In this document: positions 1 through 10,879 of the stretch, in pieces | Numbering within the stretch: position 1 is the first letter of the stretch | Layout: every line of letters begins with the position of its first letter | Origin: Candidatus Kuenenia stuttgartensis | GTDB lineage: Bacteria; Planctomycetota; Brocadiia; Brocadiales; Brocadiaceae | DNA length: 32,000 nt | NCBI RefSeq assembly: GCF_900232105.1 | Contig: NZ_LT934425.1 | Span: forward strand, 2,340,001-2,372,000 | Reading direction: 5' to 3' | Notes under the pieces: generated by a model | The model's input: only the letters and a program-made list of their open reading frames with translations | Told to the model about the DNA's origin: nothing | The model's database searches: none | Translations under genes and position numbers: made by a program

Positions 1-100
1 GTTATTATACATTGATTCTTTTTGTTTGTTTCATAATGAAAATACCATCTTTATCTTTCATTCCCATGTAATCGGGCATCCGGAAATGTGGATCGGCAAT

Positions 101-307
101 TCATGGATTTACACTACCGGATTCCTGCCTTCGCAGGGATGATATTTTCGATCCCTCTTGTATTTTTGTGAGGCAGGTATGCTGCCTTTTATTAAGCAAC
201 AGCTTGTTTTTTGTTGTCATAAAAGTTTTCATTTCGCTGTAACAATCATCGCAACCATAAGGGTATTCAATACAGACAGAACAATTTTTTTTGCTATACT
301 TTTTCAT
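101..307 (-). CDS. small Cys-rich hypothetical protein (N-terminal CxxC-x6-CxxC, zinc-ribbon-like)
   Basis: The ORF track gives 101..313 with a TTG start. An internal ATG at 307 is preceded on the minus strand by AAGAGGAG about 10 nt upstream. The N-terminus reads KKNCSVCIEYPYGCDDCY. I recognise no family. Confidence 0.35.
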   Translation of the reverse strand: MKKYSKKNCSVCIEYPYGCDDCYSEMKTFMTTKNKLLLNKRQHTCLTKIQEGSKISSLRRQESGSVNP

Positions 308-918
308 GAACAATTCACTCCTCTTTTATTCAATTAAATAACTATCGGTGATGAATGTTTATAAAAATTCTGATATCACTTTTCGCAATTATAGTGCCCG
401 AAGAATGTATTCATATGCGTATGTTGAAAAATGGATACATTTTTCCCGGGAAAAACCAGAAACTGTGGGGATATAAAGTACATCAAAAAAACAATTTATG
501 TATTTAAAAACTATTATGAGATGGTAATAAAAATAGTTAAGGATTGTTTTTGCGGGAATCAAGCCTTTCCTCTTAAAAAAGGTGTTAATTTCGCTTTTTT
601 CAGGCAAAAATTTCAATGAATATTCTGTAAGTATTTATTTTAATAAGCGTTACATGAATGATGCAAATTTTGCCATGGTCTTAATTATTAGACAAGGGTT
701 TCTAAGGAGGGGCAATATTTTCAGGGTATTGGCGCAAAAAATGCGTTTTGTGACAAAGGCGATATAATCAATGTAATGTGCATTTATAACATAGGTCGGG
801 AATTTTTAGATAGGCGAATAGATCAAATTATCACGACAGCGACATTTTATTCTTACATCCTGCGCAAGAATATGATAGGTTTTCACTCATAAGGTGTGAG
901 TAAAATTTATTAGACAGT

Positions 919-1007
919 AATGTGGATTAAGTGACAGCAAATACACAGTTCCTTCATTATTATTGATGGATTCGATGCGAAAAAAACCGCTCCTTAATCA
1001 ACCCTAC
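919..1007 (+). repeat. dispersed structured repeat, family E, copy 1 (about 90 nt)
   Basis: AATGTGGATTAAGTGACAGCAAATACACAG...GGATTCGATGCGAAAAAAACCGCTCCTTAATCAACCCTAC aligns by eye at roughly 80% identity with 21111..21200. Its ends are mutually complementary (GGATTAAG / CTTAATC). Confidence 0.7.
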
Positions 1008-1140
1008 CCGGGAAATAAAAATGTTGCAGCAATGTTGTTTAGTACCTTAAGAGTTATAGCCAAACAAATATGATTTTAGAAATTTGGCGATAAAATGGCT
1101 TTCTAAAAAACAGATTTATTTGACTAAGCATATTATCAAA

Positions 1141-1180
1141 CACACCCCAGTCCCCTCTAAAAAGAGGGGACTGGGGTGTG
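1141..1180 (-). terminator. perfect 17-bp-stem hairpin 30 nt downstream of the gyrB stop
   Basis: Sequence is CACACCCCAGTCCCCTC-TAAAAA-GAGGGGACTGGGGTGTG. On the minus strand it is followed by TTTGATAAT. This is a candidate intrinsic terminator, but the T-run is weak. Confidence 0.55.
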
Positions 1181-1209
1181 TAAATTTTTCGAAAACATTA
1201 TTTGTTTGA

Positions 1210-4028
<2,819 letters not shown>

Positions 4029-4062
4029 AATTGTATAAATGTTGCAGGGACGACCCTAAAAT

Positions 4063-4083
4063 TGACCAATGACTAATGACCAA
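4063..4083. repeat. heptamer tandem tract TGACCAA-TGACTAA-TGACCAA
   Basis: Three phased 7-nt units read directly in the dnaN-DUF721 spacer. Confidence 0.8.
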
Positions 4084-4128
4084 ACTTAGAAATTCAACCT
4101 TTTTGGTTGAGGCTTGTGATGTGACCTA

Positions 4129-5229
4129 TTACTTCCATTCAACGGGCATCATGACGTTTATTTCTTCATGCCCGGTTTTAAACAATGCTGCATCGTCGAT
4201 TTCGCCAAGTTCAATGGTGATCGTTTCGCAATCTGAAGCCTTTAAAAAATCTAAAATGTAATCGGGATTGAAGGTATTCGTATAATCAGGTCCGTCATAT
4301 TGCGCAGCAATTTCCAATGCAGCCTCCCCGACATTTGCGGCGCTCGAAAAGATTGACAGTTTGTTTTTTGTTAATGAAAATTCGACCACGCGGTATTCGT
4401 CATTGGTGACAAATGACGCCATTCTTACTATGGATAATAGTTCATCCCGGTTTACTTCAATCTTTTTATCGTTATTTTTGGGTATCACCTCATCATAGTT
4501 TGGATATTTTCCCTCTATGAGTTGCGATATTACTTCTCCTTTTTCTCCGATGAAATGTATTTGTGATTCGCCCATCCCGACCATCAATGTACCTTTGCAT
4601 TCAGATACAAAACGCTGCAAAAAAGCGAGGCATTTTACGCCCACTATTCCCGACATGGAAACGTTTTCCGGATTACGGACCTTTCGTTTTACCACTGCCA
4701 GCCTGTTCATATCGGAGCCTACCATGATAATGGTATCGCCAAAAATTTTAACCGATATCCCGCTGTAAATGCTGAGCGCTTTTATGGAAGATACCGCATA
4801 TGCAACCTTTTCCACCATCTTACCAAGTATTTCACCGTCTATTTCGACAAATGAGGTTACGTCTGTTTTTGTTATATTGGGGAACTGAAGGCAGTCGTCC
4901 CCCAAAATCTTAAAACTACCCCCCTTTGATTGCAATGTACAATGGCCTGCTTCTACCGTTACAGAAATTTCTTCGTTGCCCGCCCATTCCCGGAAAATAT
5001 TATTAGCCCTCGATGCAGGCAACACAATACCGCCCTCGCCTTCGCATGCCTTTGCCGGTATCCTGTATTTAACAAGCACTTCCAGATCTGTTGCGGTTAA
5101 CTCGGCACAGTTGTCCGCCACTTCCAGCTTTACACCCTGCAGAATTTGTTTCATGGCGGAAGAGGGCACTACACTTGCCGTTAAGCTAAAACCTTTATGT
5201 AAAGCGTCTCCTGAAAATAGTATTTTCAT
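4129..5229 (-). CDS. dnaN: DNA polymerase III beta subunit (sliding clamp)
   Basis: 366-aa ORF of canonical clamp length lying directly downstream of dnaA. The sequence looks like a three-domain beta clamp and ends in ...EINVMMPVEWK. Confidence 0.92.
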   Translation of the reverse strand: MKILFSGDALHKGFSLTASVVPSSAMKQILQGVKLEVADNCAELTATDLEVLVKYRIPAKACEGEGGIVLPASRANNIFREWAGNEEISVTVEAGHCTLQSKGGSFKILGDDCLQFPNITKTDVTSFVEIDGEILGKMVEKVAYAVSSIKALSIYSGISVKIFGDTIIMVGSDMNRLAVVKRKVRNPENVSMSGIVGVKCLAFLQRFVSECKGTLMVGMGESQIHFIGEKGEVISQLIEGKYPNYDEVIPKNNDKKIEVNRDELLSIVRMASFVTNDEYRVVEFSLTKNKLSIFSSAANVGEAALEIAAQYDGPDYTNTFNPDYILDFLKASDCETITIELGEIDDAALFKTGHEEINVMMPVEWK

Positions 5230-5345
5230 TGTTATGGTTCCTGGTTTTTATGTGAAAATGGGGTAAACACGTGTTTGTTACTATACACATGCCGGTAAGG
5301 CGAAGCCTTTGGCCGGTAAAAAAAACTTAAACAACAGATTACTTG

Positions 5346-5489
5346 GCGCAGCCTTTGGCCGCAACCAAATTTGTAATGCGAATATCGAAATATGAAATAA
5401 TTTCAAGTGACAAAAAACTCAATACTCCAAACCTTGCGTAATGCATTTTGAAAAACTAGCATAAAAAACAAGAAGTTGATGGATAGTAG
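5346..5489 (+). repeat. miniature C-D module pair (module C 5346..5369, module D 5450..5489)
   Basis: GCGCAGCCTTTGGCCGCAACCAAA matches 27102..27125 at 23/24. GAAAAACTAGCATAAAAAACAAGAAGTTGATGGATAGTAG matches 28758..28797 at 37/40. Order and orientation are the same at both loci. Confidence 0.75.
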
Positions 5490-5494
5490 AATAT

Positions 5495-5521
5495 GTAGTG
5501 CGACGAGGTTCGTCGCACTAC
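5495..5521 (-). terminator. 11-bp perfect-stem hairpin downstream of dnaA
   Basis: Sequence is GTAGTGCGACG-AGGTT-CGTCGCACTAC, about 40 nt past the dnaA stop. No T-run follows, so terminator function is uncertain. Confidence 0.35.
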
Positions 5522-5534
5522 AAATTACGATTTC

Positions 5535-5559
5535 CAGTTTCAAAAGGCTAAAGTGTTCC
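5535..5559 (+). repeat. B motif copy 1 (TTTCAAAAGGCTAAAGTGTTCC), abutting the dnaA stop codon
   Basis: It shares the core TTTCA[A/G]AA[A/G][A/G]CTAAAG[T/C]GTT with 12504..12526, 24151..24173 (reverse complement) and 24264..24287. Confidence 0.6.
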
Positions 5560-7002
5560 TTATTTCAACAATTCACCTTCCAGCTTTTGTATAATAAACG
5601 AAAGATTTTTATCATTCCCTGCCTTTTTGATGATAGTTTCATCACCATGTATTACGGTTGAATGGTCTCTCCCGCCAAGGTATCCCCCTATTTCTGTCAG
5701 GGACATATTGGTTAATTTTCTCGAAAGATGCATAGCAATTTGCCTTGGCAGCGCCACGGTACGCGTGCGGCGCTTCGATAAAAGCTCTGAAACGCTCACA
5801 TTAAATTTTTTTGAGATAGCGCCGAGAACCGCTTCAATACTAACGGTTTTTTTACTGCCCGATATTTCCCGGGAGACCTTTCTGATGAAATCGAAAGAAA
5901 CGGCATTATTTGTTGCCTTTGCTTCATTGCTCAGCCGCGCAATGGCGCCTTCCAGTTCCCGGATATTGCCCGGTATATTTTCCGCGAGGTATACGGCAGA
6001 TTCATGGGAAACCTTAATATTCCAGGCGGCAGCCCTTTTTTCAACAATTGCGGCTCGTGTTTCCAGGGAAGGCGTACTAATGCCGCATACAAGCCCCCAT
6101 TTAAAGCGGGATACCAAACGGTCTTCCATGTATGCAATAGATTCCGGGGGATAATTGCTTGTGATGACAATTTGTTTTCCGTCATTATAAAGGGCGTTGA
6201 AGGTATGGAAGAACTCTTCCCTGCTTCCGTAGGAATTCTCAAAAAATTGTATATCGTCCATCAAAAGCACGTCCACATTCCGGTAAAACTTTCTAAATGC
6301 TTCCATGTTGTTGGATTGTATTGCGGAAATGTAGTGGTTTACAAAATGTTCACAGGATAAATAGAACGTCTTCAAACGGCCTTGTTGAAGGATGAAATTA
6401 TTAATGGCGTGCATAAGGTGCGTTTTCCCCAATCCACTGGCGCCATGGATAAAAAGAGGGTTATATGCATATCCCGGAGAGCCGGCAACGGAAACTGCCG
6501 CTGCGTGCGCCATACGGTTATATGCGGCAACAACAAAGTTTTCGAAGGTATATCTTTTGTTTATTGATGAGAGAGAAACAATATTCATAGACGATGCATT
6601 TGCATTAGAGATGTCATTGTCTTTGGATTGTAATTGCATTTGCGTTGTGATGGCAGGTTTTTCCGCCGAAATAATGTCGATTTCAAATGAGGGGTGCAGC
6701 AGTTTATACACTATACTAGAAATGAATTCCAGGTAATCTGCGCATATCCGGTTTTTTATGGAATCGCCTGGCACGGCAAACGTAATGCTGTTATCGGTAA
6801 TAGAGGAGATTTCCATGCGGGAAAACCATTGGTCATATTGTTCCGGAGGAACGGTTTTTCGTATCTCTGCACGGATGCTTTCTATCAGGTAATCACTTTC
6901 TGTGGAGGTGAGCATCTGTATTGTTTGAAATCCATATGACGAGGGATTGAGTTGTTGTTTGTCGTTATCGTTATACATGGGAAGCCGCCTGTATATTTTC
7001 AA
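5560..7002 (-). CDS. dnaA: chromosomal replication initiator protein DnaA
   Basis: 480-aa ORF with AAA+ Walker A (GASGLGKTHLMHA) and the C-terminal DnaA-box-binding signature (RQIAMHLSRKLTNMSLTEIGGYLGGRDHSTVIHG). An alternative start at M9 (6978) is possible. Confidence 0.96.
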   Translation of the reverse strand: MKIYRRLPMYNDNDKQQLNPSSYGFQTIQMLTSTESDYLIESIRAEIRKTVPPEQYDQWFSRMEISSITDNSITFAVPGDSIKNRICADYLEFISSIVYKLLHPSFEIDIISAEKPAITTQMQLQSKDNDISNANASSMNIVSLSSINKRYTFENFVVAAYNRMAHAAAVSVAGSPGYAYNPLFIHGASGLGKTHLMHAINNFILQQGRLKTFYLSCEHFVNHYISAIQSNNMEAFRKFYRNVDVLLMDDIQFFENSYGSREEFFHTFNALYNDGKQIVITSNYPPESIAYMEDRLVSRFKWGLVCGISTPSLETRAAIVEKRAAAWNIKVSHESAVYLAENIPGNIRELEGAIARLSNEAKATNNAVSFDFIRKVSREISGSKKTVSIEAVLGAISKKFNVSVSELLSKRRTRTVALPRQIAMHLSRKLTNMSLTEIGGYLGGRDHSTVIHGDETIIKKAGNDKNLSFIIQKLEGELLK

Positions 7003-7014
7003 TATGATAAAAGA

Positions 7015-7275
7015 TCAAAGCCATATGCCATTTTTATCTGATTTTACGTTTATCTTGTTAATATTCAATAATTTATTGTTTTCGCATATTTCAATTTCAA
7101 AATGTCCGTGTATGCCATTGTGAGTGAGGTGTTTTTTTAACGACGATGCGGGAAATTTTATTGTTTCGCCGGACGCGGTAGTTGTCTGTATGTATTTCGC
7201 AGTGCCCCTATAGTAAGCCAGATACTCATCCGGAGAAATATTGAGTGAAAATTGAAAACGCCGTGTCGTGGTCAT
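7015..7275 (-). CDS. DUF2835-family small protein
   Basis: 86-aa ORF. FQFSLNISPDEYLAYYRGTAKYIQTTTASGETIKFPASSLKKHLTHNGIHGHFEIEICENNKLLNI matches my recollection of the DUF2835 pattern (F.FSL.IS..EYL.YY.G.A..V......G..I.FPA..LR.F....GI.G.F). It ends 12 nt upstream of dnaA. Confidence 0.55.
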   Translation of the reverse strand: MTTTRRFQFSLNISPDEYLAYYRGTAKYIQTTTASGETIKFPASSLKKHLTHNGIHGHFEIEICENNKLLNINKINVKSDKNGIWL

Positions 7276-7362
7276 TTTAAATTGCGATAAATGAAATGGT
7301 GAGCGGTAAATAGGGTAAATATTCTATAATAATACGCCAAATACTTTCCTCATTCTCATTCT

Positions 7363-8598
7363 TCATTTACTTGCATGATAACAAACAGCACCTGCTATCA
7401 TGGTAAAAATATTTTTAGCCGATGAATCAAGTATTTGATCATAGACGCTGCCGGTCGGGTTGCCGGGCAATCTGATACCGCACATGTCCGCTTCAAAGCC
7501 TTCTTTTAGCTGGCCGATAGCTGTTTCCATCCCTAGCGCCTTTGCGCCATTTTTTGTAGCGATTGAAAATAGTACCTTTGGTGGTAATGAATAATGGGTA
7601 TGTAAAAATTTCATCTCTTCCAGTATGTCTAATGTATCATTACTTGCCAAACTGTCCGTGCCTAATCCTACGTTGATCCCTTTTTCCAGTAGTTTTGGCA
7701 GCGGATGATTTTTGTGGCCGAAGAAGTGGTGACTTTTTGGGCAAAAAGCTATGCTGGCGCCTGATGCATGTAGTAATTGAATCTCCTCTTCAGTAAGATA
7801 ATTGCAATGAATTAGCAGTGTTTTTTCGTTTAACACCCCCGCTTCATATAAATATTGTATGGGTTTACGTTCCGGAGGTTGCCATCCTTCAGGCATTGCC
7901 TTTAATTTTTGCAGCAAAACAGGCAAATGCCCGGATCCTTTTGCGAGAAATTCAATTTCATCCTCTGTTTCTGCTATGTGGGTACAAATCAGAATGTTTC
8001 TTTCTTTGGCAAGTTGGGAAGCGGCCACATACAGTTCTTTCGAAACAGAATAAGGGGCATGGGGAGAAATGCCTGCATGGTAAAGGTCTGTGGCTTTTAT
8101 TTTCGCCAATTCCATGGAAGTTTTTGCTATTATTTTTTGCGCATATGCAGGATTCAGCCCAATGATCTCTTTGTAAACAACCTTGCGAAGCGGGTTTTTT
8201 TCCAATACGGAAAACGAGTGTTCAGCACTTGCAATATCTGCCACCGTAGTTGTGCCGCCGGCGATACACAATGCGATTCCTTTTTTTATTGAAGCAATGG
8301 TGTCGTCTGCTTTCCATCTTGATTTTAGTGCGATTAGTTGAAATACCCAGTGTGTGAAATTGCTGGTGGGGGCAATAAGGTTTTTACTTTCCGTCAGGTC
8401 AAGATGAGTATGTACGTTTATAAGCCCTGGCAACAACGCAGTATTTTTCAAATCAATAATTGCCGCATTATCCCCCAGATTCCTGATTTCATCAAATGTA
8501 CCCACCTTACGTATTTTGGTGCCTTCGATAGCTATGGCGCCATTTTCAATGTAGTGGTTATTGTCTTGTACAAGATACTTTGCTTTTATGACTATCAT
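7363..8598 (-). CDS. amidohydrolase-superfamily deaminase (MtaD / aminodeoxyfutalosine-deaminase-like)
   Basis: 411-aa ORF with the HxH metal site (LINVHTHLDLT), an HxAE catalytic motif (THIAETEDE) and a late Asp (GLGTDSLASN). These are typical of nucleoside/nucleobase deaminases of this superfamily. The substrate cannot be resolved from sequence alone. Confidence 0.85.
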   Translation of the reverse strand: MIVIKAKYLVQDNNHYIENGAIAIEGTKIRKVGTFDEIRNLGDNAAIIDLKNTALLPGLINVHTHLDLTESKNLIAPTSNFTHWVFQLIALKSRWKADDTIASIKKGIALCIAGGTTTVADIASAEHSFSVLEKNPLRKVVYKEIIGLNPAYAQKIIAKTSMELAKIKATDLYHAGISPHAPYSVSKELYVAASQLAKERNILICTHIAETEDEIEFLAKGSGHLPVLLQKLKAMPEGWQPPERKPIQYLYEAGVLNEKTLLIHCNYLTEEEIQLLHASGASIAFCPKSHHFFGHKNHPLPKLLEKGINVGLGTDSLASNDTLDILEEMKFLHTHYSLPPKVLFSIATKNGAKALGMETAIGQLKEGFEADMCGIRLPGNPTGSVYDQILDSSAKNIFTMIAGAVCYHASK

Positions 8599-8699
8599 GA
8601 GTAATATGTTTTGTATTGCAAAAGATAATCGAAATGATTTCAGAAAGTATGAGCCTAAGGTTCATGTTAAGGGACTCGTAATTTTTCGTCATACCGTAG

Positions 8700-8800
8700 C
8701 AGTCGGCAGATTGCAGATTGTGGACTGCCAAATGTAGATTGCAAAAGTAACCATTAAATATTTTGCCAAAAAATGTAAAGAAATTACTGATAGTACTAAG
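8700..8800 (+). repeat. dispersed repeat family A, copy 1
   Basis: CAGTCGGCAGATTGCAGATTG...TAAATATTTTGCCAAAAAATGTAAAGAAATTACTGATAGTACTAAG parallels 12389..12487. The roughly 40-nt core is nearly identical. It contains the heptamer-phased tract 8707..8741 (CAGATTG x2, then variants). Its 3' end overlaps the MTAP-like stop codon. Confidence 0.7.
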
Positions 8801-9743
8801 GCATTGCCACCCAACTATGCCAATCAGGGCCTATATCTCCCCTGCGTTTGTAGCGTTCCATTAACGATTGGCACTGGCAGGTCATTTTTTGCTGACTACT
8901 ATTTTCTGCTATTTTCTTTATAATTTGAGGAAAAAGTGCGACAGCACTTCTCACCGCTTCGCGGTCGCTGTCAGTTGCGAGTCCCTCAAACAATTCTCCC
9001 GCTTTAAAAGGTCTGCTTGCGATTCCCTCCGCGTAGTTTGTGACGTAACAGATAGATGCGTAACACATTTCTAGTTCTTTGGCAAGAAAGACTTCGGGGA
9101 CAAGCGTCATGCCGACAAGGTCTCCGCCGTACAACTTATATTTTCTTATTTCAGCGGGTGTTTCCAGCCGCGGCCCCTGTGTGCACACATAGACGCCTTT
9201 GCCGGTAATGCCAATGCCTAGAAATTTTAGTGTGTGCAGGATACTTTCTCTTAAGGTGGGGCAAAAAACAGGAAACTGACGTATAAATCCGATTCCCAGA
9301 TGCTTATAGAAGGTTGATTCTCTGCCATGCGTTTCGTCGATAATATCGTCTATCAATACGTATTCGCCGATTTTGTAATTTTCATTCATAGCGCCGGGGC
9401 CTGACCATGACACTATTTGCTTGGCGCCCAGTTCTTTTAGTGCGTAGATATTTGCCCTGTAGTTAACAAAGGGTGCGGTAACGCCGTAGCCTTTTTCGCC
9501 ATGACGCGATAAAAAAAGCATTTCTGCATTAGCATCTCTGATGAAATATACCGGCTGCGACCGCCCGTAAGGGGTATTGATCTCCCCCAGCCTTTTGCCT
9601 TTAATGCAACCGCTAAGAAGCAAATCATAGGCCTGGCTACCGCCAATTACCGCAAGGGAGGCTTTGGTGTTGTTTACCAAGCGTGAACCTCCCGTTTTTT
9701 TTCTATCGCTTTTGTGGGACATTCTTCCGCACAGATCATACAC
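8796..9743 (-). CDS. S-methyl-5'-thioadenosine (or methylthioinosine) phosphorylase, MTAP/PNP family
   Basis: Strong MTAP-like motifs are present: LAVIGGS, VNYRANIYALKELG, MTLVPEVFLAKELEMCYASI. The true start is probably TTG at 9680, which is preceded by GGGAGG 7 nt upstream and overlaps the upstream gene by only 7 nt. The ORF-track ATG at 9743 would overlap by 70 nt. Confidence 0.9.
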   Translation of the reverse strand: MYDLCGRMSHKSDRKKTGGSRLVNNTKASLAVIGGSQAYDLLLSGCIKGKRLGEINTPYGRSQPVYFIRDANAEMLFLSRHGEKGYGVTAPFVNYRANIYALKELGAKQIVSWSGPGAMNENYKIGEYVLIDDIIDETHGRESTFYKHLGIGFIRQFPVFCPTLRESILHTLKFLGIGITGKGVYVCTQGPRLETPAEIRKYKLYGGDLVGMTLVPEVFLAKELEMCYASICYVTNYAEGIASRPFKAGELFEGLATDSDREAVRSAVALFPQIIKKIAENSSQQKMTCQCQSLMERYKRRGDIGPDWHSWVAMP

Positions 9744-10588
9744 CCTTTGCAGTTGTCATAATCAGCAAAGGGAAAACCCTCTTTATTAACGGAAATACAA
9801 CTGTCCGGGCATCTGTTGACGCATATCATACATTTTGTGCAGGCATCGTAATTCCATTGGGGTTTAAATATTCTCCAGTTGCCGGTTTTTCGCCGGGGAG
9901 TGTTTGCTACGGAATATACCGCAGGGCTCGAAATAGTTGCAGGTTCAAAAGTAACAGAGAAGACGGGATTATCCTTATGAACAATTTCCTTTGCATCGAT
10001 CATTACCGAAGAAATGGCATGGAAACAATAAAGAGAGGCCTTGATATTTTTTTCGATGAGGCCCCTATCCTGTATTATTTCTGACACTTCCTTTTCGACA
10101 GCTTGTCTTAAGAAATCTTCTTCCATCCTGGTAATCTTTGCCGCAACACCCCCCGACAGTGTGCTTAGAATTGGTTTCCCCAGCATTTCAAAACTGATTT
10201 TTGTAATGTCAAGCGTTATTGTTTGTCCGGTAAGATGGTATTTTGTTTTTATTTCTTCAGGGGTGTGGGTGGTATTGATAAAAACAATGCCGCCATTTTT
10301 TAATCCTGATAAAGGACTTGCTGCGGTATCGTCCAAAAGGGTCTCATCCATTATTATGATACCATCGGGGTCGCTTATTACTCCCCGTTCCTGTATTGGT
10401 TCTGAAGAAATACGTGTACAGGCTAGTATCGGTGCGCCCCTGCGTTCCGCCCCGTAAAGCGGAAAGTCCTGCGCATAAAATCCTCCTAAAAAGGCTGTTG
10501 TCCCCAGTATTCTGCTGGCAACTTTTGCGCCCTGGCCGCCTCTTCCGTGAAATCGTATTCTGTAAGTAAAGGTATTTTCTGTTTTCAT
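9674..10588 (-). CDS. 2-oxoacid:ferredoxin oxidoreductase gamma-delta fusion protein (no alpha/beta partner in the window)
   Basis: The N-terminus is a POR gamma domain (RFHGRGGQGAKVASRILGTTAFLGGFYAQDFPLYGAERRGAP). The C-terminus carries two CxxCxxCxxxCP ferredoxin motifs (CTKCMICVNRCP, CKGCMICAEECP), which is delta-subunit-like. Confidence 0.85.
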   Translation of the reverse strand: MKTENTFTYRIRFHGRGGQGAKVASRILGTTAFLGGFYAQDFPLYGAERRGAPILACTRISSEPIQERGVISDPDGIIIMDETLLDDTAASPLSGLKNGGIVFINTTHTPEEIKTKYHLTGQTITLDITKISFEMLGKPILSTLSGGVAAKITRMEEDFLRQAVEKEVSEIIQDRGLIEKNIKASLYCFHAISSVMIDAKEIVHKDNPVFSVTFEPATISSPAVYSVANTPRRKTGNWRIFKPQWNYDACTKCMICVNRCPDSCISVNKEGFPFADYDNCKGCMICAEECPTKAIEKKREVHAW

Positions 10589-10633
10589 GATAAAGAATTA
10601 TCCGGTTCAAATAATTTTTTAACGTAGTACAAG

Positions 10634-10663
10634 ATTATACTCAAAAAAATAGTTTCCAGGCAA
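10634..10663 (-). promoter_or_regulatory. candidate sigma70-type promoter for the gamma-delta / MTAP operon
   Basis: The minus strand reads TTGCCT, 18 nt, TATAAT. The -10 element lies about 46 nt upstream of the start at 10588. Confidence 0.4.
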
Positions 10664-10784
10664 GAAAACGTTTTTTTGGGTATTTTCAAGAGAAATGACG
10701 GTGCTGTTTTTTATAATACCAGGTTGTTCCGTAAAAAATACCAATGTTATTTTGCTAATATTGTTTACAGAGCAATCATTTAGC

Positions 10785-10813
10785 TTGACTTGCAAAAATG
10801 ATACATATAGAAT
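10785..10813 (+). promoter_or_regulatory. candidate sigma70-type promoter for the citrate-synthase-type gene
   Basis: The plus strand reads TTGACT, 17 nt, TAGAAT, about 67 nt upstream of the ATG at 10880. Confidence 0.4.
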
Positions 10814-10879
10814 TTAGCGACTTTTGACTCATTAATTAACGAGGTGTATTGGGAAACTTAAATACAAAGGAAAACAAAG

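Noticed and set aside
389-767. Three mutually overlapping 61-75-aa ORFs in the AT-rich region downstream of gyrB.
   Set aside because: They overlap on both strands, are rich in Lys/Phe/Ile/Asn as AT-rich noise would be, and have no RBS.
921-929. DnaA-box-like 9-mers (TGTGGATTA at 921..929, CTATACACA at 5281..5289) as evidence for oriC.
   Set aside because: These are two isolated single-mismatch hits 4 kb apart, and the first lies inside repeat E. Without a cluster or skew data this does not support an origin call.
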